From a virus (Duplodnaviria; Caudoviricetes): a stretch of DNA of 64,000 nucleotides. Location of the stretch: positions 29,209-93,208 of IMG/VR virus record IMGVR_UViG_3300029288_000120, one strand, 5' to 3'. Shown piece after piece: positions 1-9,908 of this stretch. Each line of letters begins with the position of its first letter. Within the stretch, counting starts at the first letter, position 1. The notes beneath the pieces are model-generated. The model did not search any database, was not told where the DNA came from, and worked only from the letters and a program-made list of their open reading frames with translations. Both the position numbers and the translations under genes were made by a program.

Positions 1-2
1 AA

Positions 3-1406
3 GTGGGTGGTCCTATTTGTCCTCCTATAGCAGTTGCACTTGGACGTAGTGGAACAAGTCAAGCTTATGGTGGGTTGGGGGAATACTCTTGGGGAATTAC
101 AGGACTAAAATCCACTAACGGAATACACTATCCTGTATTTGGGCCTTCCACTGACTACAATATATACACCGCTCCAGTAACAGAATGGTCTTCTAGTAGT
201 TGGAGTTCTACTTCCATTACCACTGCTTCTAACTCTAGTGCCAGTGTATCATCCAAAAGCAGCAGTTTTTCTAGCACTTCCAGTAGTACTTCTGCTTCCA
301 GTCATTCTAGCTCAAGTTCAAAATCTGCTTCTTCTTCGCTTTCATCAGAGTCAGAATTGTCGAGCAGTTCAAAGTCTAGTAGTTCCTCTACCAGCTCTAT
401 GTCTTCTGAATCTTCCAGTTCAACCAGTTCTTCTAGTGTACTGCTAGCAAACTTGATTGATGGCAGAAACTTTGAGGTAGTGATAACATACGAACTTGAT
501 TACTACGCCCATGTAGCCAATACTGATTGCATATTCTGTAGATTCATATGGCAAGATCAATACATAGAATACTCAGATGGCTCTACTCTATACATTCCAC
601 CTATGTGGATGTTTAGTGAAATGTCATCCTGCAATCTGGCAGCTAATCCCGATTGCTACGATCAATATCCTTACAACCAATTCTGTGTTTGCAGCGTCAA
701 CTCTCCTCCATTTGATGGCACATATAATGGCCAGACGGTGGATTTTCCTTGCGATCAACAATGTTGGCCTGGAGAAGCTGCTACTATTACGGAGACCTGG
801 ACAATAACACCAGCACATAACCATGAACCTACAATTATAGATGGGGAGTGCTTCTGTGATGATACCCCATTGGAAAGTTCTTACTCAGGATCGTTCTCCA
901 GTATATCTGTTTCCAGTAAATCTAGTACGTCTGATATTTCTAGCCCATCAAGTAAGTCCAGTTTGTCCTCGTCGAGCCCCACTAGTGTTTCTAGTCCATC
1001 AAGTCAATCAGCTTCCAGTCCATCAAGTCAATCAGCTTCTAGTCCTTCCAGTCAAAGTGTTTCCAGTCCCAGCAGTCAATCACTTTCTAGTATCAGCAGT
1101 CCAAGTAGTCCCAGCAGTCAATCACTTTCTAGTATCAGCAGTCCTTCTAGTCCAAGTAGTCCAAGTAGTCCATCAAGTCCAAGTAGTCCATCAAGTATTT
1201 CCAGTAGTCTTAGTAGTGTCAGTTTCAGTAGTCAAAGTCTACAAAGTGAAATATCTGGATGCAATTATTGTTGGTGGTTCATGCAGTTTGAATGGATGCG
1301 AATGGATGCACAATCTGACTGTGATTTTGGTATTTGTGGATGTGATCCACCAGACTATATTGGTGAGGAAGATGAGTGGGCACAGACTCCTTGTGTTCCT
1401 TCCTAA
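3..1406 (+). CDS. Ser-rich/Cys-rich putative virion protein (5' truncated by window)
   Basis: Two long Ser tracts (SSPSSQS units) separated by Cys/aromatic-rich domains; ORF open from the window edge. Confidence 0.6.
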   Translation: MGGPICPPIAVALGRSGTSQAYGGLGEYSWGITGLKSTNGIHYPVFGPSTDYNIYTAPVTEWSSSSWSSTSITTASNSSASVSSKSSSFSSTSSSTSASSHSSSSSKSASSSLSSESELSSSSKSSSSSTSSMSSESSSSTSSSSVLLANLIDGRNFEVVITYELDYYAHVANTDCIFCRFIWQDQYIEYSDGSTLYIPPMWMFSEMSSCNLAANPDCYDQYPYNQFCVCSVNSPPFDGTYNGQTVDFPCDQQCWPGEAATITETWTITPAHNHEPTIIDGECFCDDTPLESSYSGSFSSISVSSKSSTSDISSPSSKSSLSSSSPTSVSSPSSQSASSPSSQSASSPSSQSVSSPSSQSLSSISSPSSPSSQSLSSISSPSSPSSPSSPSSPSSPSSISSSLSSVSFSSQSLQSEISGCNYCWWFMQFEWMRMDAQSDCDFGICGCDPPDYIGEEDEWAQTPCVPS

Positions 1407-1428
1407 AGCAAGAAAGGATAACTAATGT

Positions 1429-1905
1429 ATGCAGTGTAATTGGAAACGATCGAAGTCAAGAAATGTTTCTAATGCTATTGTGTTTGAGTGTGGCGTTTGT
1501 AACTTGCGGATAGGTATATCCCCTCAATTATTAGACAAGAAGTATGGGGGGGATTTGCAGAAGTTTTTAGATTCAAAGCCTGACTGCAAAGGGGCAGAAG
1601 CAAAGGAAGAGAATAAAGAGCGGTTTGAGAAAAAACCATGTAGGGATGAAGATGGGGATGAAGGAATTACCTGGGACAAAACAAAAAGATGGCTCAGTGC
1701 TGTAAAAAAATGGACTCTAGCAGGTTTTCCTATTAGGTCATTAGAAGAGATTGAAGAGGTATACAATAACAAATGTATTGTCTGTGACCATGTAAGTAAA
1801 CAAGGTTCTTGCAAAATATGTGGTTGTAAGATCTCAAAACTCAGGATAGCTCTACTCAATAAGATAAGAATGGCGACAGAGCACTGCCCAATAGAAGAAT
1901 GGTAG
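1429..1905 (+). CDS. Cys-rich zinc-binding hypothetical protein (paralog 1)
   Basis: CxxC motifs; C-terminal CIVC...CKICGC...RMATEHCPIEEW; very similar to the next ORF. Confidence 0.7.
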   Translation: MQCNWKRSKSRNVSNAIVFECGVCNLRIGISPQLLDKKYGGDLQKFLDSKPDCKGAEAKEENKERFEKKPCRDEDGDEGITWDKTKRWLSAVKKWTLAGFPIRSLEEIEEVYNNKCIVCDHVSKQGSCKICGCKISKLRIALLNKIRMATEHCPIEEW

Positions 1906-1928
1906 ATATATGATAATGGTGTTAATAC

Positions 1929-2405
1929 ATGAGTAAGTGTGTTTGGAAAGAACCAGAAAACAAAACAGCAGCATCTGTAATTGTTTTTGAGTGCAGTGTT
2001 TGTAATCGTAGAATAGGGTTATCTCTCGAAGAACTAAACACAGTTTTTCATGGTAATACACAGGAGTTATTTGACAGGCAGCCTGACTGCAAAGGGCCAG
2101 AAGCAAAGGAAGAGTATACAACAAAGTATGAAGATGGTTGTAATGGAAACAAAGAAAAAGGCATTACCTGGGACAAAACAAAAAGATGGCTCAAAGCAGT
2201 CAAAAAATGGACTCTAGCAGGCTTCCCTACTAGATCACTGGAAGAAATAGAAGACATATACAATAACAAATGTATAGTTTGTGATAACATACTAAAACTC
2301 ACAGGATCTTGTAGGCTTTGCGGTTGTAAAATTTCAAAACTAAGGATAGCTTTACTCAATAAGATTAGAATGGGCACGGAACATTGCCCAATAGAAAAAT
2401 GGTAG
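1929..2405 (+). CDS. Cys-rich zinc-binding hypothetical protein (paralog 2)
   Basis: Same length (158 aa) and shared blocks GITWDKTKRWL..VKKWTLAGFP and CGCKISKLRIALLNKIRM. Confidence 0.7.
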   Translation: MSKCVWKEPENKTAASVIVFECSVCNRRIGLSLEELNTVFHGNTQELFDRQPDCKGPEAKEEYTTKYEDGCNGNKEKGITWDKTKRWLKAVKKWTLAGFPTRSLEEIEDIYNNKCIVCDNILKLTGSCRLCGCKISKLRIALLNKIRMGTEHCPIEKW

Positions 2406-2413
2406 GATAAAAC

Positions 2414-3484
2414 ATGGGTAAATGTGTGTATCAAGGAGAAGGCACAGAAACAATTCTTTCGGAATGTTTTCTAAAACAAACATGCAATAGAGAGGAAGAA
2501 GCTGAGTGCAAAGAAAGGCTTGAAATAGGAGATGCTAAGTTTCTTCAAAATTGGAAGGATCCTCTTGTTGTCCTCGATAGAAGTAAAAATCCCACAACAG
2601 CAATCAGAAACTTACTTGCTGGGGGACCAGCCTTCCTTGTAGGGGGAGGGCCATCGACAAAAACACAGCCATTAGAATTACTAAACAACCGGGGTATTTT
2701 TTCTTTGGCAGTAAACAATTCAGCAGCCCATCCGAGATTCCGAGCATCTGCTTTTGTATGTTCAGATCCTCCCTTGAAGTTTTCTAACTCCATATGGTTT
2801 GATCCTCATGTAATGAAGTTTGTGCCCTCCCCCAAAATGTCAGGTAACAGAGAGCGGCTAAGGGAGAAACGAAATGGTATCTTCGAACGCTCAAAGAAAA
2901 AGGTAACAGATAGTCCCAATATATGGGGATTCAAGAGATTGAGCTGGTTATGGCCTGACGAAAGGTTCTTTCTACAGGATGGTGCTTGCTGGGGAAACCA
3001 TGATGTAGGAGTAGTTAAAACCAAGGAATCTAAGACAGTTTGTACCTTACTTTTGGGTTTGAGATTACTATACTTTCTTGGAGCGAGAACTATATTTCTG
3101 GTGGGTGTGGACTTTCTTATGAAACCCGATGGGGTGTACTCCTTTGACCAGAACAAAAGTGTAGGAGGATGTGAGTCAAACAACCGACAATTTGAAGTAG
3201 TAAACGGTTGGCTTTGTAGAATGGAAAGTAATGGGGTATTTGGAAAGTTTGGATTGAAGATTTTCAACTGTTACGAGAATAGTGGTTTGCGTGCATTTCC
3301 ATACGTGCCTTTTGATACTGCTATCGAAATAGCCACAAAGGATGTAGAGCAGAAACCTGACTTATCTGGATGGTATGAAAAAGGAAAATGTGATGCTTGT
3401 GGATCTGAGCATCTAAAATGGGGAGAAGAGGTTGAGTGTTTGGATTGTGGGGAAGTCGTAAAGATTTTCAAGATTATCGACTGA
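2414..3484 (+). CDS. Maf/MptE-like (sialyltransferase-like) glycosyltransferase-fold protein
   Basis: FLVGGGPS, LAVNN, FVCSD and LGARTIFLVGVDF motifs; C-terminal Zn ribbon. Confidence 0.55.
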   Translation: MGKCVYQGEGTETILSECFLKQTCNREEEAECKERLEIGDAKFLQNWKDPLVVLDRSKNPTTAIRNLLAGGPAFLVGGGPSTKTQPLELLNNRGIFSLAVNNSAAHPRFRASAFVCSDPPLKFSNSIWFDPHVMKFVPSPKMSGNRERLREKRNGIFERSKKKVTDSPNIWGFKRLSWLWPDERFFLQDGACWGNHDVGVVKTKESKTVCTLLLGLRLLYFLGARTIFLVGVDFLMKPDGVYSFDQNKSVGGCESNNRQFEVVNGWLCRMESNGVFGKFGLKIFNCYENSGLRAFPYVPFDTAIEIATKDVEQKPDLSGWYEKGKCDACGSEHLKWGEEVECLDCGEVVKIFKIID

Positions 3485-3491
3485 TTGGTGT

Positions 3492-3520
3492 TTGAAGAAA
3501 CACAATCACTCATATATAAT
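3492..3520 (+). promoter_or_regulatory. sigma70-type promoter
   Basis: TTGAAG-N17-TATAAT in the intergenic gap. Confidence 0.55.
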
Positions 3521-3567
3521 AAGAGGGACAGGAGTAAGAGTTTAAGGAAATAAATCTGTTTACAAGG

Positions 3568-4032
3568 ATGAGAAAAATGAAGAACATGCAGAAAGTTGAT
3601 TACCGGCCGTTTGTTGTTAATTGGTTGTCTTGTGAGGAGAAGTTACCTACAGAAGGCAAAACTCTATTCTTTACAGATGGTAAGTATATCTGGTTGGGCA
3701 AAAGATGTGTTGATGACTTCGGTGACAGTATATGGCATCGGTGTGAGCTTGTTCCCATCTGGAGTATAAGAAATGAAGTGTGGGAATCAGAATGTAGTCT
3801 TGCTATAAAGACTCCTACACACTGGGGTGGGTTACCAACAATTCCACAGAAGAGAGAATTTTCAAAACACTCTGCCAAGGCTTTCCAAGTTGCTTTCTTT
3901 GTTTTGCTTCTCTGTGGATTCTTTATACTGGGTTTTCGCAATGTGCTGCACTTGGGAGACATTGTACCGGTAGTTTCCATTGCCATCAGTTCCTTCTTTC
4001 TTGGACATTTATCAGAACATGACAACATTTAG
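3568..4032 (+). CDS. DUF551-like protein with C-terminal transmembrane helices
   Basis: WLSCEEKLP...PTHWGGLP motif pair, then two hydrophobic segments. Confidence 0.5.
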   Translation: MRKMKNMQKVDYRPFVVNWLSCEEKLPTEGKTLFFTDGKYIWLGKRCVDDFGDSIWHRCELVPIWSIRNEVWESECSLAIKTPTHWGGLPTIPQKREFSKHSAKAFQVAFFVLLLCGFFILGFRNVLHLGDIVPVVSIAISSFFLGHLSEHDNI

Positions 4033-4049
4033 CAAGGGAAAGAACTGAT

Positions 4050-4427
4050 ATGCTACCAACGCACAATATACCGCCCATCGGTCCCAGGCAAGGAAAAGTG
4101 TGGGGAAAGACACAGTTAGTATTTGCCCATAATTCTACTGAGACGCATATAATAGAAGCAAAGGCTGGTTACAAGTGCAGTTGTCACAGTCACCAGTATA
4201 AATGGAATCGTTTTGTTGTCATCTCTGGGCGCCTAGCAATCCGCTTGTACCAGGATGAGAACTCAATAGACGAAACAATACTGGGGCCTTGGCAGGTTAC
4301 CGATGTACCACCTGGTACCAAGCATACATTTGAAGCTATGGAGGATACAGTGGCAATTGAAGTCTATTGGGTAACACTTGATGCCCAAGACATAGATCGT
4401 CATGGTACAGTTGGAGGAAAAGTATAA
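4050..4427 (+). CDS. cupin-fold protein (sugar isomerase-like)
   Basis: HSHQYKWNRFVVISG...VPPGTKHTFEA cupin motifs. Confidence 0.7.
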   Translation: MLPTHNIPPIGPRQGKVWGKTQLVFAHNSTETHIIEAKAGYKCSCHSHQYKWNRFVVISGRLAIRLYQDENSIDETILGPWQVTDVPPGTKHTFEAMEDTVAIEVYWVTLDAQDIDRHGTVGGKV

Positions 4428-4544
4428 TGGAACTGAGAGAAGCTTTCTATAAATTCAATTCATACAGTCCTGAAATACAGGAGTCCATAAGCAGAAAGGT
4501 TGTTTCTTTCCAGGTTCCATGAACTATTTGATTGAAAGTGACTG

Positions 4545-5324
4545 ATGTTTACTGACTATACAATTGTCTGTGGTGTTGATAAAAAACACCTAAATCAACT
4601 TCGTTGGGTCTACCCCACCTGGATCAAGAGCAAGCCATCTCTATTGAAGCAACCCATGTTGTTGTTCTACGACCAGAAACAACTAACTTATGGGGAGGTC
4701 AGTCAAGAAATCAACCACCCTGATATAACCATTGTGCCTTGGCCTCCTGGGGAGGTAGTATATGAGGGTATATCTGATGATAAATGGTATGATCCCCAGA
4801 GATACAAAATGCTGGCCGGGTTTGTTCACGTTCCTCACCAACACATAGCTACCAATTACTGGCTGAAGTTAGACACAGATACAGTTGCTACTGGTCAGGA
4901 TGATTGGATTGATGAAAGTTGGTTTGAGAGTGGTCCCGCTATAGTGTCTCAGCCATGGTCATTTACAAAACCAGCTAATCAGATGTTACTGCTTGATGGC
5001 TGGTTGTGTTTACACCCTTCTTTGAAAAACCTAACACCGCTAAATTTGGTTCCAAAAGAAGGTTCTGATAGACTAGGACACAAGAGGATCATAAGTTGGT
5101 GTGGATTTTTTAAGAGGACATTTACCGAGCATTGTTCTCAGTGTGCTATGTTTTTTGGTGAACCAAAACTTCCTGTTCCCTCACAAGATGGGTATATGTG
5201 GTATATGGCACAAGTGATGGGAATGGAAGTTAAAAGAGTACAGATGAAAAGTAGGGGATGGGAGCATTGGACAACTGATTGGAATATACGTTCTGCTGTA
5301 GAAAGGGTTATGTATGGCAAGTAA
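4545..5324 (+). CDS. putative GT-A glycosyltransferase
   Basis: YWLKLDTD DxD motif; located in the glycan cluster. Confidence 0.5.
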   Translation: MFTDYTIVCGVDKKHLNQLRWVYPTWIKSKPSLLKQPMLLFYDQKQLTYGEVSQEINHPDITIVPWPPGEVVYEGISDDKWYDPQRYKMLAGFVHVPHQHIATNYWLKLDTDTVATGQDDWIDESWFESGPAIVSQPWSFTKPANQMLLLDGWLCLHPSLKNLTPLNLVPKEGSDRLGHKRIISWCGFFKRTFTEHCSQCAMFFGEPKLPVPSQDGYMWYMAQVMGMEVKRVQMKSRGWEHWTTDWNIRSAVERVMYGK

Positions 5325-6009
5325 GTTACTAAGGCGTTCAGGTGTAGCCGTTGGTCTTGTTCTGGACCAACTACAATGGATACCAGATTTGGTTGTACAA
5401 GTGGGTATTGGTTTTTTCCATGAGGAATGTGATGTACTTCATCAAGAATGGCCTAATACCAAATTCATCGGTTTTGAAGCTCATCCCGACATTGCTTCCA
5501 AGGTAAAGGATTACCCAGGGCAACTGATTAGCAAGGCTGTTGGTAATAGATGTGGAAGGGCTTTACTTAATTCTAAGTCGAAGCACAAGGATGGCTCCTC
5601 TTTCTACGAGTTCAAAGAAGACATAGATTCTATCAAAGAGATAGAAATAGATGTTATAACACTGGATTCGATCATCAACCATGAAGAGGTTGATAATGTG
5701 CTTCTCTGGTTGGATTGTGAAGGCTCCGAACTGAATGCTTTGTTTGGTGCTTCTTATCTGTTACAAAAGGTAAAAGCAATCAACGTCGAAATGACTGCTA
5801 ATCCTCCTAGTCTTTACTGGCCTAGTACAATAGAAGTACACAACTATTTGAAGGATCTAGGATTCTTTAGGCAATGGATACATACACTTCGTGGGGGGCA
5901 ATATGACGCTATCTACGTTAGAAAGGAAATCTTCAAACCAGAGTATTGTTGTTGTCCTTATACAATAGTAGAGTTCCAAAATAGAAACGGAAGGAAAGCA
6001 CTTTTATGA
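5314..6009 (+). CDS. FkbM-family methyltransferase
   Basis: FIGFEAHP, VITLDS and LWLDCEGSEL motifs. Confidence 0.75.
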   Translation: MASKLLRRSGVAVGLVLDQLQWIPDLVVQVGIGFFHEECDVLHQEWPNTKFIGFEAHPDIASKVKDYPGQLISKAVGNRCGRALLNSKSKHKDGSSFYEFKEDIDSIKEIEIDVITLDSIINHEEVDNVLLWLDCEGSELNALFGASYLLQKVKAINVEMTANPPSLYWPSTIEVHNYLKDLGFFRQWIHTLRGGQYDAIYVRKEIFKPEYCCCPYTIVEFQNRNGRKALL

Positions 6010-6950
6010 GAAGTGAGAGAATCTTTTATCTGATGTCTGGTGCTGCTCATTTACCATATCTTATTTGCTCCTTACATACACTGAGAGATCATTATGATGG
6101 GGAGGTATTTGTGTATGCTTGGTCAGAATCCATTGACATTGTGGAGCAGATAGCCAAGGATCCCAGGTTAAAGATAGAACCCAGGTACAGAGAGCCAGCT
6201 CATAAATTGAAGAATGCCCAGTTCATGGACAAAATACAATTGGCATGGGATCAGCAAGATGCTGTACGTAGAGTACTCTACTTGGATGCTGACACAACCA
6301 TACATGGGAGGCTCGATAGACTGTTCGTAGAGGCGAAGAAGGAAGGATTTGCAGCTACGCAGTTCTGTGATTGGAAAAGCAATCATGGAATTCCCTTGCG
6401 AAGGATAGTGAAGTTGAAAAACTATCGGGGAATTAACCAAGCTGCTGTGGATAGTTGTTGCAATAACCCTTGGCCTAGCGTAAACGGGGGTGTATGGGCA
6501 GCTGATACTTCCAGTGAAGTACTAACACTATGGTACAAGTGGACAAAGGTTGCTCAAAGCGAGTTCATTGCTGATGAAGTAGTACTACACACTCTGGTAC
6601 CCATATTCTTTGAAGATGGAATGTCAATTGTGGGCAGTATGGGTGAATACAACACCAGTCCCAAGTTTCAATGCAAAGACTTGCCAGATGATGAAGTTGT
6701 AGTATATCATTTTCATGGGGACAGTAATGTCAGACCAGACAAGACAGAGAAAGGATTCAACCTGTGGTGGCCTCTCTACAAGCATTGTTTGGAGGCGAAC
6801 ATCGGCAGGATGGCTGATTGGATAGATAAGATTGATAACAAGTGGATGAAACCTTTACAAGAAAGAGACAAAGAAAATGAGAGAAATGGACTTACAGAAC
6901 AGAAGCCAATACCAGTTCACCCGGAATTGGTTCCTGAACAGAAACCTTGA
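6006..6950 (+). CDS. putative GT8-like glycosyltransferase
   Basis: VLYLDADT DxD, VNGGVW, ADE and YHFHG motifs. Confidence 0.6.
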   Translation: MRSERIFYLMSGAAHLPYLICSLHTLRDHYDGEVFVYAWSESIDIVEQIAKDPRLKIEPRYREPAHKLKNAQFMDKIQLAWDQQDAVRRVLYLDADTTIHGRLDRLFVEAKKEGFAATQFCDWKSNHGIPLRRIVKLKNYRGINQAAVDSCCNNPWPSVNGGVWAADTSSEVLTLWYKWTKVAQSEFIADEVVLHTLVPIFFEDGMSIVGSMGEYNTSPKFQCKDLPDDEVVVYHFHGDSNVRPDKTEKGFNLWWPLYKHCLEANIGRMADWIDKIDNKWMKPLQERDKENERNGLTEQKPIPVHPELVPEQKP

Positions 6951-7503
6951 TACATTCAGGAAGTTCATTTATCCAGAATGGCAAGGGAAGCCAATAACAT
7001 ACCTAGAGATAGGTGTGTTTGAAGGTATGAGCTTGACCTGGATGCTACAGCATGTTTTGACCCATGCAGAATCAAAAGCAGTGGGGATTGATCCCTGGCT
7101 TATGACTACAAAACTGGACTCTGATGTTATGACGAAAGTTATGGTCAGGGCCTACCAAAACACATTGCAGTGGCAGCAGGAAAATCGTTGCACTTTAGTA
7201 CAGGGAAATAGTGCTGAAGTTTTGAGAAGGATGGTAGCAAAAGGCCATGTTGGAATCAAGTGTGACAGTGTTGATCTTTGCATGATTGATGGCAACCACA
7301 ACGACTATGCTGCCTATGATGATGCGAAACAGTGTCTTGGCTTGATAAAGCCAGGGGGATGGATGTTGTTTGATGACGTTGAGAATCAAGTCAACAAAAA
7401 GGAACACGTCAAGCAGGGATTGGAAATGTTTGTAAAGGATTATGGTAGTAGGGTTGAGTTCCTTTGGAAAGATAAGTATATGGAGTGTTACAAAGTACTA
7501 TGA
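6877..7503 (+). CDS. class I SAM-dependent methyltransferase (Methyltransf_24-like)
   Basis: YLEIGVFEG, IDGNH and LIKPGGWMLFDD motifs. Confidence 0.8.
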   Translation: MREMDLQNRSQYQFTRNWFLNRNLDTFRKFIYPEWQGKPITYLEIGVFEGMSLTWMLQHVLTHAESKAVGIDPWLMTTKLDSDVMTKVMVRAYQNTLQWQQENRCTLVQGNSAEVLRRMVAKGHVGIKCDSVDLCMIDGNHNDYAAYDDAKQCLGLIKPGGWMLFDDVENQVNKKEHVKQGLEMFVKDYGSRVEFLWKDKYMECYKVL

Positions 7504-8066
7504 TTTGTACCAGCATGTCTCAAAATAGGATTGTATTGAATAAATATAACTTGATGCGAAAGTCGTACCTTGAAATAGTTCATGCAAATATACAAGATCC
7601 TATAAGAGGATGTGAAGTTGGTGTTTTTGATGGTGTCTTATCCAATATGCTACTTAGTAGATTCTCTAATCTACACTTGTACATGGTGGATTGCTATATG
7701 AAGGCATCATATAGGTATACACTTGAGGTTATGTCTGAGGCAATGAAAACAGCCCACTTAAATACTGCTAAGTTTGTCAATAGAGCAACTATGTTGATAG
7801 GTTATTCTCATCAGGTGGTTGGTTTGATACCTGACAGGTCTCTTGATTTTGTATACATAGATGCCAACCATATGAAAAGTCAAGTTGCACGTGATATAAA
7901 ATGTTGGTATCCTAAAGTAAGAAGGGGAGGTCTTGTGAGTGGGCACGATTATGATGTTAAAAGAGGAAAGTATAAAGGTGTTGTACTAGCAGTAGATAAG
8001 TTTGCAAGGGACAATGATTATACTGTACATATCAATGATACCAATTGGTGGTTTACGAAACATTAG
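7485..8066 (+). CDS. class I SAM-dependent methyltransferase (Methyltransf_24-like)
   Basis: GCEVGVFDG, DFVYIDANH and GGLVSGHDY motifs; true start uncertain. Confidence 0.8.
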   Translation: MLQSTMICTSMSQNRIVLNKYNLMRKSYLEIVHANIQDPIRGCEVGVFDGVLSNMLLSRFSNLHLYMVDCYMKASYRYTLEVMSEAMKTAHLNTAKFVNRATMLIGYSHQVVGLIPDRSLDFVYIDANHMKSQVARDIKCWYPKVRRGGLVSGHDYDVKRGKYKGVVLAVDKFARDNDYTVHINDTNWWFTKH

Positions 8067-8101
8067 CAGAATACAGATACATGGGGGTACTGTAAAGTAC
8101 T

Positions 8102-8644
8102 ATGAACAGAACACAGAAAACCCATCTTGTTGTTGAGAATTTGGTTAAAAGCCTCAACAAAAAATGGATACTAGGTTGTGAGGTAGGGGTATGGAAAGGG
8201 GAGTTATCCAAACACCTGCTGGAAAAGTTTCCCCATCTATTACTGTACATGGTGGACTTTTACCAGAAGCATTCTTATGCAGATCAGGAAGAAACTTCCC
8301 AAGCATTACTAGCAGCACAAGCAAACACTTTTCTGTTTGCTGATAGAAGAGCATTGTTAGTAACTACTTCTGCTAAAGCTTCCTCCTTAATACCTGATAG
8401 GTCTCTACACTTTGTTTACATAGACGCCAACCATACCTATAACTATGTTAAACAGGATTTGGAATTGTGGTATCCTAAAATAACAAGGGGAGGCATTTTA
8501 TGTGGGCACGATTATGGTGGAGTGGGAGATAAAAAGGGTTTCTTTGGTGTGAAGAAAGCTGTGGATGAATTTGTAATGGAAAACAAGTTGAAGTTAACCA
8601 TACCAGGGAGTCTAGTATGGTATGTTAGGAGAACAAAAAAGTGA
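8102..8644 (+). CDS. class I SAM-dependent methyltransferase (Methyltransf_24-like), paralog of the previous gene
   Basis: GCEVGVWKG, FVYIDANH and GGILCGHDY motifs. Confidence 0.8.
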   Translation: MNRTQKTHLVVENLVKSLNKKWILGCEVGVWKGELSKHLLEKFPHLLLYMVDFYQKHSYADQEETSQALLAAQANTFLFADRRALLVTTSAKASSLIPDRSLHFVYIDANHTYNYVKQDLELWYPKITRGGILCGHDYGGVGDKKGFFGVKKAVDEFVMENKLKLTIPGSLVWYVRRTKK

Positions 8645-9153
8645 TTGATGTTGAACTTTTTCAATTTGCAGCACCCCAATCTGCTGGGGTGGATTACTAC
8701 CTGAGGGTTTTGAAGGCAGTGGGCTTAGAAGTTGGCTTGCCTTCTGAAGCCCTTGAACCTTGGAAGGAGAAGGAGAAATCTAAGGGTATCTTGAGGGTAT
8801 CATTAGTAAGACATCCATTGGATTTTATGTACAAGGGATGGCAGTTGCAAAAGAAGCAACATCCCATGACTCCCAATTTCTGTGATTGTATGCTTTTATA
8901 CGTTAGGGGAAATTGCTCAGTAAATGTAGCGAAGATTTACGAGTCATATGATGCCAACGTTGTGCAAAGATGGGAAGACTGCCCTTGGGCATTGATTGAG
9001 TTTTTTGATTCCCTAGGAATTCCCAGGTCATTATCAATGAAGGCAAGAAATGTGGAAAAGGAAGTCAGTGTAATTCCTCAATTACCCAAGTACCTGCTGG
9101 AGGAATTCAAACAGTTAGAACAAGAAGTTTACAATAGATACGATTATTGGTAG
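8641..9153 (+). CDS. degenerate sulfotransferase-like protein
   Basis: SLVRHPLD (3'-phosphate-binding-like) and RWED motifs; the 5'-PSB loop is degenerate. Confidence 0.35.
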   Translation: MIDVELFQFAAPQSAGVDYYLRVLKAVGLEVGLPSEALEPWKEKEKSKGILRVSLVRHPLDFMYKGWQLQKKQHPMTPNFCDCMLLYVRGNCSVNVAKIYESYDANVVQRWEDCPWALIEFFDSLGIPRSLSMKARNVEKEVSVIPQLPKYLLEEFKQLEQEVYNRYDYW

Positions 9154-9908
9154 GAAGAACAATTATGAGAGTAGATTTCGTTACACATTGCTATGCAAAG
9201 CAGTTTCCCCACTTTGCTGCTGCCTTGTACTTACAGTTATCGACAATATGCAATCAGGTTTCAACCAAGCACCAAGCAAGTATTACTGTTTTCTATTGTG
9301 AGGAAGATAGACATACTTGCAATGTTTTGAATCTATTTAGTGATAGCAAAAGAACAAAGTCAGCTACTTTGGCTTGTGTTCCTATGAGAGTAGAGAATCT
9401 AGGAAGGAGATCAATAGGAAGAAACTTTGCAGCAGAAAATACCAGTGCTGATTATGTATGGTTTACCGATGTAGATTATTGGTTTGATGCAAATGTAGTC
9501 GATGATTTGTGTACTATGCAGTGGCCGAAAGATGCTGTAATGGTATTCCCTCAAAATATCAATATCAGCAAGACGCACGAACTTGGTGACAAATTACTAA
9601 AGTACTATGCAGGAGTTTATGAAGGTACTACTGGTTCTGTTCCTTACACACCAAATCTACAGGTGAGGGACTATTGTGATAAAACCTACTACAAAGCCAT
9701 TGGTGGCGTACAAATCGTTAAAGGATCATTTGCTACAGAGAATGGTTATGTGCGTGGAGGTAAATGGCAGATACCCTCCACCAAGCCATTCGGGGACTTC
9801 AAGGATGACATAGCATACCGAAATGCTTGTCGTCTGTTAGGAAAAATAGTACCAGTTGAATTGAAAGGTGTCTACCGTATAAGACATACGGAGACAAGTT
9901 ATCAGTGA
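9147..9908 (+). CDS. GT2-like glycosyltransferase
   Basis: RSIGRNFAA...DYVWFTDVDYWF; likely start at MRVDF (9165). Confidence 0.65.
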   Translation: MVGRTIMRVDFVTHCYAKQFPHFAAALYLQLSTICNQVSTKHQASITVFYCEEDRHTCNVLNLFSDSKRTKSATLACVPMRVENLGRRSIGRNFAAENTSADYVWFTDVDYWFDANVVDDLCTMQWPKDAVMVFPQNINISKTHELGDKLLKYYAGVYEGTTGSVPYTPNLQVRDYCDKTYYKAIGGVQIVKGSFATENGYVRGGKWQIPSTKPFGDFKDDIAYRNACRLLGKIVPVELKGVYRIRHTETSYQ

